Source: Promethearchaeota archaeon (GTDB lineage Archaea; Asgardarchaeota; Lokiarchaeia; Sigyniarchaeales; SOKP01). Taken from it: DNA of 64,000 bases. The DNA lies in NCBI GenBank assembly GCA_016926735.1, contig JAFGOA010000063.1:1-64000 (forward strand), written 5' to 3'. Position 1 is the first letter of the stretch. Each line of letters opens with the position of its first letter. The notes beneath the pieces are model-generated. The model ran no database searches, had not been told where the DNA came from, and saw only the letters and a list, made by a program, of their open reading frames with translations. The position numbers and the translations under genes were made by a program. Shown here one piece after another: positions 30,438-39,004 of the stretch.

Positions 30438-33400
30438 TTTGTATATTCGGATTTGGAAGTTCTACTTTAGCATCCGAATCTATGAATCCTCAATTTGATA
30501 TAAATGAAGGATATTGTGCTACATATGATTTTGAAGATGAGCTTGTAGGAGCTGAAGGAACTGCTATTTCATTTGTTAATAGTATGTATGATAAATATGG
30601 AACTGTTTATGCAAAAATAACTGATTCTGGCGATCCTCATCAATATTGCTTAGAAATGTATGAAGGACGTATATCATCAACTATGCATGTTCAAAATATG
30701 TTCAACACAGCAATAAATGAAGGTACTGTTGAATTTTGGTGGTATCCATATCAAACAACTCATACAGGATGCATATCACTAATTCCAGAAGAAGGAAGTA
30801 ATTATGGAATTGTAATACAATATACAAATGAAGGTGGATGGACATATTATAATGGACAAGCATGGATAGATATTAATGGTGCTACATATTCAGCATTAAC
30901 ATGGCATCATATCAAAATATCATGGGATTGTGATGATACCTATTATAAGCTGTTTATTAATAATGTTGATGTATCTATTGCCCATGGTGATGAATTGTAT
31001 TATCGAGGTGATTCAAATAATTTTGATTCATTACTTTATCTTAGATTTTGGTATGGATGGAGTGATAATACTGTAGGAAAAGAATTATTTGATGCTATCG
31101 GGTATTCTTGGGATTCTAATTATAATATCGGCGATAACAGAATTGTTGATCAATTATATGAGGGTGATACTGTTACTCTCTCTTGGAATCTTATTGATAA
31201 AGAATGTAATGATTATGTCGATGGATATCAATTAAGTTATACTGATTATGATACTGAGATATGGATACAAAAAGATTCTAGTGAGTTTACTAAAATCGCA
31301 ACCCTGGATTTTTCCGGTGGTTTTAGTGGTGGTGTATCAAGCACTCAATACTATACATTGACAATACCTATAGCGGGAAATTACAAGTTCCTTCTAAAAG
31401 AATATTCCCGTGAGAAAGGCTATTTAATAACCTCTGAAATGATATGGCATAGCATTCGAGAAGATAATTTAATATGCGAGGAAGAAACTGACGTTTTAGT
31501 TGTTGATGAACTTCTTTATAATCTAAATCTAATTCCAAATAGCGTTCATCAAGGAGAACAAACAGAAATATCTTGGAATGTGGATTCTAAAGATGAAGAG
31601 GGTATCATTTATGAAACAAGTCTTTCTCTTAAATATCCGGGGGAAGAAACATTTCAATATATATCAACTTATGAAGGAATTGGGGAATTTAGTTATGAAA
31701 CTGAACCATTAATTGAATTGGGAGAATACCTTTTTCACGCTAATTTGTCTCTTACATATAACTCTGAGATCATCTCAACCACTTCAGAATTTCTACCATT
31801 TTTAGTGAATAGAATCGATATTAAAAATGAGGATCTTAGTGATTATTCTCAACTTGAACCTCTTATTGATTATGAAATTAATCCTTCCTCTTACAATCCG
31901 GAGAATAATGATATAGTCATACCAAATATTGATAATTATTATGAGATTGGAGAAGGAGATGATAAAAAACCAGTATTAGGGTTTCCATTAATATATGATA
32001 CTCCTGCAGATTTAGATATATTTTCTCAATCTATTTTAATACAATCTGTTTTAACAGGTGACAAAACAATTATTGATTTCGAAAGTTCTAATGATATAAT
32101 TCCTTTCCCTAAAGAAAATGGCAATTACACTATTGAAATATTAGGTCATTATTTATACTGGAATACGAATACTCAAGGATTTGAATTTCATAAATGTCGT
32201 TCATCTCAAAATACCTTTGAAATAGAATATGAAATTGAGATAAATAATTTAAAAGATGGGGCTATTGCAGTACCTGATCCTGGAATATATCCCGCAACTT
32301 TTGGATTTGAAGATGAAAATATACTCTTTTCAAATGAATATGGATTTATAAGTGATTATGATCAATACTCAGATGACGAGATTAGAATTCTTGATAATCT
32401 CAATGGTCATCAAAATATATTAATGATAAATGATCCAACAAATCCAAATGTTCAATCAAGAGTAGAACATATTATTAAAAATCCACAATCAAAAGGTGTT
32501 ATTGAATTCTACAATTTATTTCAATGGAATGATGCTCCAGGATCACAAACAATATCATTCATGGATGAAAATGATAATTTAGCTTTTAAAATTGAATTGG
32601 AACCTGAAGTATATCCTACATATAGCGATTTTAACATTAACGGATTTCATGGGATAGTACCATACTCTTATGTAATGCAAAACAGTTGGTATCATCATTC
32701 TATAGAATTTGATTTTGATAAAGGTACTCAAGGAGAGGTAATATGGATTTTAAAAGACAATGAGGGTGAAGTTATAAATCAAATTGATACATATATTTTA
32801 GATACAGAATCTTCTAGTAAAACGATCGCTACGATCCAAATAGAAACAAGTAAAGACGATAGTGGATATTCAATCTATTTCGATGCTTTTGGCTTCTCTT
32901 GGGATCCATTCTATAATGTTGGAGATAACCTACAGAGAGGATTTGAAGTAACATTTGATAAATTTGATTCTTTAGGAAAAATTCGAGTTTATCATGATAA
33001 TATCATTTCAAATGAATTATATTCAAATTCTGTAGTTATACCATACAAACAGGATGCTAAAAATCATCTTATTTATATAAGTGGTAAAGATTCTACAGGT
33101 GTTGAAACTTTCTCTAACATCATTGATTATAATAATGGAAATTACAAAGTAGATGTTAAAATTGGTTATGATTCTAAAGCAGCATGGTATATTCGAACTA
33201 AATGGGGACAGGGTCCTGAATATTTAGCTGATCGTGTATCAAAGGCTCTTAATGAAGGATTTAGACAATATTTTCCTATTGTTTTTAGGACAGGAACTTC
33301 TGAAGGATGGCTTGAACATCAAGAATTCACTCCTACTTCGGACCTAGAATATTCAATAGGAGATCGATTGGATGATTGGCATACTGATTTTAATTGGCAC

Positions 33401-33889
33401 ATTGATAAAAGTATTCCAGGTGAATCTAGTGATTTTGATCTTCTAATTATGTTCACATTTGATGATAGCTTGGTCTGGGATAAAAATATTGGTGGAATGG
33501 CTGGAGTGGGAGGTGATCGTGCTGTTATTAACCTTGGATGGATTCCTGGTGGTATAGATTACATTACAGGATTACCTGTAAATAATCAATGGAGTGATTT
33601 TTGTCATTTCACTATTTTTGGACTTTTAGGTATGTTTTTCCTTGGATTTAATCATCCTGGAATCCTTAGCATGATAATGCATGAAGTTGGACATTGTTTT
33701 GGCATAACAGGTGAGGGGGACCTCATGAATGGAGGATCTGACTGTTTTGGATCTTTAGAGTCTACAGGTGATACATACATGTTTAGATTTTCAGTTATGG
33801 ATTATTTTTGGGGTTTTCGTGGATATCATAAAGTTTTTGATTATGGTCACCAAAAAACAATAAGAAATTATCTAATACAAAATTACTAA
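30362..33889 (+). CDS. Large secreted protein: two LamG/ConA-like domains, Ig-like domains, C-terminal metzincin-like zinc metalloprotease
   Basis: Same leader MKKMQKQKL as 27310; two ...FDA.G(Y/F)SWD..YN.GDN domains; shared KECNDY.DGYQLSY.DYDTEIW.QKDS module; HEVGHCFG and Met-turn SVMDY. Confidence 0.75.
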   Translation: MKKMQKQKLTKFKAKLVIALFLINMVCIFGFGSSTLASESMNPQFDINEGYCATYDFEDELVGAEGTAISFVNSMYDKYGTVYAKITDSGDPHQYCLEMYEGRISSTMHVQNMFNTAINEGTVEFWWYPYQTTHTGCISLIPEEGSNYGIVIQYTNEGGWTYYNGQAWIDINGATYSALTWHHIKISWDCDDTYYKLFINNVDVSIAHGDELYYRGDSNNFDSLLYLRFWYGWSDNTVGKELFDAIGYSWDSNYNIGDNRIVDQLYEGDTVTLSWNLIDKECNDYVDGYQLSYTDYDTEIWIQKDSSEFTKIATLDFSGGFSGGVSSTQYYTLTIPIAGNYKFLLKEYSREKGYLITSEMIWHSIREDNLICEEETDVLVVDELLYNLNLIPNSVHQGEQTEISWNVDSKDEEGIIYETSLSLKYPGEETFQYISTYEGIGEFSYETEPLIELGEYLFHANLSLTYNSEIISTTSEFLPFLVNRIDIKNEDLSDYSQLEPLIDYEINPSSYNPENNDIVIPNIDNYYEIGEGDDKKPVLGFPLIYDTPADLDIFSQSILIQSVLTGDKTIIDFESSNDIIPFPKENGNYTIEILGHYLYWNTNTQGFEFHKCRSSQNTFEIEYEIEINNLKDGAIAVPDPGIYPATFGFEDENILFSNEYGFISDYDQYSDDEIRILDNLNGHQNILMINDPTNPNVQSRVEHIIKNPQSKGVIEFYNLFQWNDAPGSQTISFMDENDNLAFKIELEPEVYPTYSDFNINGFHGIVPYSYVMQNSWYHHSIEFDFDKGTQGEVIWILKDNEGEVINQIDTYILDTESSSKTIATIQIETSKDDSGYSIYFDAFGFSWDPFYNVGDNLQRGFEVTFDKFDSLGKIRVYHDNIISNELYSNSVVIPYKQDAKNHLIYISGKDSTGVETFSNIIDYNNGNYKVDVKIGYDSKAAWYIRTKWGQGPEYLADRVSKALNEGFRQYFPIVFRTGTSEGWLEHQEFTPTSDLEYSIGDRLDDWHTDFNWHIDKSIPGESSDFDLLIMFTFDDSLVWDKNIGGMAGVGGDRAVINLGWIPGGIDYITGLPVNNQWSDFCHFTIFGLLGMFFLGFNHPGILSMIMHEVGHCFGITGEGDLMNGGSDCFGSLESTGDTYMFRFSVMDYFWGFRGYHKVFDYGHQKTIRNYLIQNY

Positions 33890-33923
33890 ACTTCAATATT
33901 TTTTTTTTCTTTATTTTAATTTA

Positions 33924-35012
33924 TTGCTTACTTATTTATACTTTCATCTATATAACTTGCAATCTAAAATCAAAAAATTTTTTGAAATTCAAATTTATTA
34001 TACTTATGACCCTTGGCCAACAGCTATAGATCATGATAATTCGAAAATTACCTTAGAATATATAAAAGTCGGAGGAATAGACTTTTGGGAAATAGAACCA
34101 TCAGAAAATAGTGATATATGTTATAATCCTACGATTGGTTACTTGTATAAAGATGTTTTTGATGGGATGCTACCTTATAAGAGCACAGGCGCTATGGAGA
34201 ATAATCCCCTAAATTATGATAAATTAATTGCAGGGTGTCCTACATTATTTGAAAACATAAATAATGATTTCATTATGTCATTTAACTCAAGACATCCAGG
34301 AAAGAGAGGATCAGGAGATTATGATGGAGATGGGTTTTTTAGGCCGAGTATGACATGTTTTCTAGCTAATGATAGATCTATCCCACACTACAAGCTTGAT
34401 AATTGGATCAATTCATTAGAATTGAATTTACGAATAATAAGATCAGATGGAACAGTTATTAATCATGCTATGGGACAAACTCTAATTGGATTATTTCCGT
34501 CTAAAAATGCTTATAACTATGATATTTCTGATATAGAAGAATCTGCGGGTATGTTGGAACAAATATCTTTTTGGACAGGAATGCTCAGTACTGTTGGACT
34601 CATTCCAACACCATATACAGAAGCTGCTGGAGTGATTTTAGAAGTTATAACTATAATTATAGATGTAATATTAGCCCTTTCAAAATATCAATCTCAACCT
34701 CCAACTGAAAAAGTTATTACTGAAGGAGAAGACTTATCTGCAAAATGGGAGACAGGCTTTAATTCTTATTTTGCGAATCCAGACTTAAATAATTTTGGTA
34801 TGGATGTGAGAATTGATCCAGATTTTCAATTAGATAATTCTCCAGAAGATCCAGGATTTTATCAGATTCAATTTAGTTGGAAAGCCGACATCAGACGTTT
34901 ATTCTCCTTTTTTCTTAGTGATCAAAATATACTACCAAATTTTCAGTTCTTTTATAAAAAAATAATCACAGGTTCATACTATATAAATTTCGAATATAAA
35001 GGTTCGGAGTAG
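33924..35012 (+). CDS. Headless C-terminal cassette of a secreted protein with a hydrophobic helical hairpin
   Basis: No signal peptide; nominal N-terminus runs through the T-tract and 3' repeat motif; FWTGMLSTVGLIPTPYTEAAGVILEVITIIIDVILAL. Confidence 0.55.
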   Translation: MLTYLYFHLYNLQSKIKKFFEIQIYYTYDPWPTAIDHDNSKITLEYIKVGGIDFWEIEPSENSDICYNPTIGYLYKDVFDGMLPYKSTGAMENNPLNYDKLIAGCPTLFENINNDFIMSFNSRHPGKRGSGDYDGDGFFRPSMTCFLANDRSIPHYKLDNWINSLELNLRIIRSDGTVINHAMGQTLIGLFPSKNAYNYDISDIEESAGMLEQISFWTGMLSTVGLIPTPYTEAAGVILEVITIIIDVILALSKYQSQPPTEKVITEGEDLSAKWETGFNSYFANPDLNNFGMDVRIDPDFQLDNSPEDPGFYQIQFSWKADIRRLFSFFLSDQNILPNFQFFYKKIITGSYYINFEYKGSE

Positions 35013-35217
35013 TGATTAATTAATCTAAACAATTACCTTTTTTTTTATTTCTATTTTATTTCTTTTTAATCATCTGATACTACTTACTAAAAATTTAAAA
35101 AATAAAATCAAAAAATTTTTTAAAAATTCTGATTTAAAGATCATTATATATAAAAACTGAATTGCAAGTTTTAAATTTAAAATTCAAAAATTAAAAATCT
35201 TAAAAACGTGAAATATT

Positions 35218-36909
35218 ATGTGTGCACAACTAGGTGGACAACCTATTTTTATTATGAAAGAAGGCACTGAAAGAACTCGAGGAAAAGACGCTATGCAAAA
35301 TAACATCGCAGCAGCTAAAGTCATCGCTGAAGCGGTACGAACGTCGCTCGGACCACGAGGTATGGACAAAATGCTCGTAGATCAATTCGGAGATGTCGTC
35401 ATTACAAATGATGGCGCAACAATCTTAAAAGAAATTGATGTACAACATCCTGCCGCTAAAATGATGGTCGAGGTCGCTAAAACTCAAGACTCCGAAGTTG
35501 GCGATGGTACAACAACAAGTGTTATTCTTGCGGGGGAATTCTTAAAAAGAGCTGAAAAATTACTCGAACAAAAAATTCACCCTACTGTTATCGTCGAAGG
35601 GTTCAGAAAAGCCAGTGAAAAAGCTATCGAAATACTCGAAAGCATATCCGTACAAAGCGGAATTGATGATCATAAAGGTTTAAAAAATGCTGCTATGACT
35701 TGCATGTCTTCTAAAATCGTATCTGAAAGCAAAGAAATGCTTGCTGAATTATGCATTGATGCGATTACAGCAGTCGCAGAACAAAATGAAAATGGAGAAT
35801 GGGTTGCTGATATTGATAAAATCCAAATCCAAAAAAAACAAGGCGAAATGATTGATGATACCAAATTAATTAAAGGTATTATCCTCGATAAAGAAGTCGT
35901 CAGCCCTGGAATGCCTAAAACTATAAAAGACGCAAAAGTACTCCTTTTACAATCTGCTCTCGAAATTGAAAAAACTGAATTCGACTCTAAATTACAAATT
36001 ACAAGCCCAGATCAAATACAAGCTTTCCTTGATGAAGAAGAAAAAATGCTCAAAACTATGGCTGATAAAATTGAAGCCGTAGGAGCTAATGTCGTCATAT
36101 GCCAAAAAGGTATCGATGATATGGTACAACACTTCTTAACAAAAGCAGGTATCATGGCTGTAAGAAGAGTGAAAAAATCCGATCTCGAAAAATTAGCCCA
36201 AGCAACTGGAGGTAAATTACTCAATGGTCTTGATGATATCACTCCTGAATCCCTCGGAAATGCTGGACTTGTCGAAGAAAGAAAAATCATGGGAGATTCA
36301 TGGTTATTCATTGAAGAATGCACTAACCCTAAATCTGTTGTTATCTTAATCAGAGGAGGAACTGAATTGGTCATTGATGAAGTTGAAAGAGCCATTCACG
36401 ATGCACTCTGTGTTGTAAGAGATGTCGTAGAAGACCAAAAACTCGTCGGTGGTGGAGGTGCTCCTGAATTAGAAACTGCTGTTCAATTAAGAAAATATGC
36501 ATCAACCCTTGGTGGACGTGAACAACTTGCTGTTGAGGTTTTTGCTGATAGCCTTGATATAATTCCAAAAACACTCGCAGAAAATGCCGGACTTGACCAA
36601 ATTGACATTCTCATGAAATTAAGAGCTGCTCACCAAAAAGGTAATGTTTTCGCTGGATTCAATCTCGAAAATGGTGAAATCCAGAATAACATGACCGATG
36701 TTAATGTAGCTGAACCTACTGTTGTAAAAATTCAAGCTATTAAATCAGCCACAGAGGCATGCTCTATGATTTTGCGCATCGATGATGTAATTGCAGGAGT
36801 TAAAAGCTCTTCTGCTGATATGCCTCCAGGTGGAATGCCTCCAGGTATGGGTGGTATGGGAGGTATGGGCGGTATGCCTGGCATGGGCGGATATCCGGGA
36901 ATGATGTAA
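35218..36909 (+). CDS. thsA: Thermosome (group II chaperonin) subunit
   Basis: [42 protein letters not shown]-repeat tail. Confidence 0.97.
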   Translation: MCAQLGGQPIFIMKEGTERTRGKDAMQNNIAAAKVIAEAVRTSLGPRGMDKMLVDQFGDVVITNDGATILKEIDVQHPAAKMMVEVAKTQDSEVGDGTTTSVILAGEFLKRAEKLLEQKIHPTVIVEGFRKASEKAIEILESISVQSGIDDHKGLKNAAMTCMSSKIVSESKEMLAELCIDAITAVAEQNENGEWVADIDKIQIQKKQGEMIDDTKLIKGIILDKEVVSPGMPKTIKDAKVLLLQSALEIEKTEFDSKLQITSPDQIQAFLDEEEKMLKTMADKIEAVGANVVICQKGIDDMVQHFLTKAGIMAVRRVKKSDLEKLAQATGGKLLNGLDDITPESLGNAGLVEERKIMGDSWLFIEECTNPKSVVILIRGGTELVIDEVERAIHDALCVVRDVVEDQKLVGGGGAPELETAVQLRKYASTLGGREQLAVEVFADSLDIIPKTLAENAGLDQIDILMKLRAAHQKGNVFAGFNLENGEIQNNMTDVNVAEPTVVKIQAIKSATEACSMILRIDDVIAGVKSSSADMPPGGMPPGMGGMGGMGGMPGMGGYPGMM

Positions 36910-37075
36910 TAAAATCAAAAACAAATTTTATTTCTTTTTTTATTTTAACATATTTGAAGAATTTTTATATTTTTTTAAGTCCCTCAAATCCATTTTTATT
37001 TTAGTTTATATATTTTTTTCAGAAAAAATTATCGATTAAAAATTTAAAATCTCTGAATATATAGTTCTAAAAAAA

Positions 37076-38914
37076 ATGGAAAAAGAACAAGAAAGACCTT
37101 ATGGATATATATATAAAGTAATAAATTGCATTAATGGAAAAGTGTACATAGGTCAAACGGTTAGTAGTCGTTGGTCTGCAAATAAAATTCCTATTGAAGA
37201 AAGATGGAATGAGGAAATTAGAGAAGCATATAATAAGTATAGAAATGGAAAATCACTTCGTTATATTGAAAGAGCTATTATTAAATATGGACCTGAAAAT
37301 ATGAATCTTTTTGAACAAGATATAGCATATAAAAATCAAAAAGAGCTGGATGATAAGGAGATTTTTTGGGTAAAAGAGTGCAAATCATCTAATAAAGAGT
37401 TTGGATATAATTCAACTGAGGGTGGAATGGGAGGAAAATTAAATGATGATGTAAAGGAAAAATTAAGTCAGATTAGTAAAGAATTTTGGAGTGATCCAGA
37501 ATACCGTGAAAAATTAACTCAGATTAATAGAGAAAGATGGAATGATCCAGAATATAGAGAAAAAGTCATCCAAGGTATGAAAGAGAGTTGGACTGATGAA
37601 CGAATAGAGAAAAAACGGGAAGAATTATTAGAAAAATGGCAAGATCCAGATTTTAGAAAACTAAGAACAGAAATAAATAGAGAAATTGGTCAAAGACCAG
37701 AATTTAAAGAAAAAATAAGCGAAATTTCTAAAGAGCTTTGGCAAGATCCAGATTATCGAGAAAAACAATGTAAGATAAATAAAGAGCGTTGGCAAGATCC
37801 AGAATTTCGAGAAAAACAGATAAATGAAAGAATACAACGGCAAAAAGATCCAGAATATCGAGAAAGAGTAAGTAATACAATGAAAAAAGTTTGGGAAGAT
37901 CCTAAATATAGAAAGAAGCAAAGTAAAATAAATCGAGAGAGATGGGAAGACCCAGAATATAAAGAAAAACAAAGAAAAATAATAAAAAAAAGATGGCAAG
38001 ATCCAGAATTTAGAGATAAATCTATAAAAATAAGACAAGAATATGGTAATACACCTGAATATAAGGAAAAAATGAGTGATATTGTTAAGGAACGTTGGAA
38101 AGACAATGAGTATCAAGAAAAAGTAAGGAAAGGTATGGAAAAAAAATGGCAAGATCCAAAATATCAAGATAAAATGAGTAAAATTCATAAAAATAAATGG
38201 AATGATCCAGAATATCGAGAAAAACAATTAAAAGCAAGACAACAAAAAAGAAAAGAAATTCCTGATAAATATCAATTTTTTAAAGATATTTTAAATATGA
38301 AATATAAAGATATTTCTTCCAAATATAAAATGGGCAGTACCGCCTTTACCAAGAGAATTAAGGAGACCCTAGGTGATTTTGGAGGTAAGAACTACACAAC
38401 AGCAAAGGAAATTTTAAAGGACAAAGATCTTGATGAGTTTATAAAGCAAATCGAAAATAAAGATAAAAAGATTAAAGCTCAAGATCAATCCAAAGAAAAG
38501 AATTCTAAAATTCAAGAGGATAAGAATTTTAAAGAAAAAGGTAAAGAGAAAGAAAAGAAGACAGAATCGATCCAAGATTCTAAAGAGAAACTCCAAAAAG
38601 TTGAAAAACGCTCTGATTCTAAATCTTCGATGAGCAAAGACTTGAAGCATCTAACCACCAGACCTCCTCGAAAGCGACCATTAATACAAGATTTTTTATT
38701 CATTAAACCCCCAGAGAAAAAAAGTGATTTTTTAGGGATAACAATGGCTTCAAAACCTCACAAAGATGATCTGAGAGGACTAATTCTAAATCGAGATAAG
38801 AAAGGAGATGATCTTAAGCGATTACAAATCACTAGTGAAAAATCTCAACCTAAGAATCCTGATATTATTCTAGCAGATAAAATAAAGAAAAAGCGTAAGA
38901 CTCATGAATTATAA
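37076..38914 (+). CDS. GIY-YIG homing-endonuclease-like protein with 15 tandem 17-aa W.DPEYREK repeats, HTH-like segment and charged tail
   Basis: GYIYKVINCINGKVYIGQT..RW..AIIKYG..ELDDKE..GYNSTEGG; repeats counted directly. Confidence 0.85.
   Translation: MEKEQERPYGYIYKVINCINGKVYIGQTVSSRWSANKIPIEERWNEEIREAYNKYRNGKSLRYIERAIIKYGPENMNLFEQDIAYKNQKELDDKEIFWVKECKSSNKEFGYNSTEGGMGGKLNDDVKEKLSQISKEFWSDPEYREKLTQINRERWNDPEYREKVIQGMKESWTDERIEKKREELLEKWQDPDFRKLRTEINREIGQRPEFKEKISEISKELWQDPDYREKQCKINKERWQDPEFREKQINERIQRQKDPEYRERVSNTMKKVWEDPKYRKKQSKINRERWEDPEYKEKQRKIIKKRWQDPEFRDKSIKIRQEYGNTPEYKEKMSDIVKERWKDNEYQEKVRKGMEKKWQDPKYQDKMSKIHKNKWNDPEYREKQLKARQQKRKEIPDKYQFFKDILNMKYKDISSKYKMGSTAFTKRIKETLGDFGGKNYTTAKEILKDKDLDEFIKQIENKDKKIKAQDQSKEKNSKIQEDKNFKEKGKEKEKKTESIQDSKEKLQKVEKRSDSKSSMSKDLKHLTTRPPRKRPLIQDFLFIKPPEKKSDFLGITMASKPHKDDLRGLILNRDKKGDDLKRLQITSEKSQPKNPDIILADKIKKKRKTHEL
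37487..38248 (+). repeat. 15 tandem ~51-bp coding repeats (tggcaagatccagaatatcgagaaaaa core)
   Basis: 14 units of 17 aa and one of 16 aa. Confidence 0.9.
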
Positions 38915-39004
38915 TATTACCTAATCTCGAAAAACCTTGAGATTTAAGAAGGTAATTTGTAAATATATCTTAACCACTCATTAAACTTGATTTTTTGTTA
39001 ATAT

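Noticed and set aside
27310-35012. Diversity-generating retroelement or classical toxin-immunity array
   Set aside because: No reverse transcriptase, no adenine-specific TR/VR pair and no interspersed immunity genes seen.
35184-36574. Minus-strand ORFs over the thermosome gene
   Set aside because: Antisense frames kept open by biased codon usage; no independent evidence.
36829-36906. GGM/MPPG repeats
   Set aside because: Ordinary chaperonin C-terminal tail.
37487-38248. 51-bp periodic repeats as a possible CRISPR array
   Set aside because: Units are degenerate at synonymous positions, in frame within one long ORF, and have no cas genes nearby.
37661-38703. Hydrophobic minus-strand ORFs (188, 117, 78 and 63 aa)
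   Set aside because: Antisense shadows of the K/E/R-rich repeat gene.
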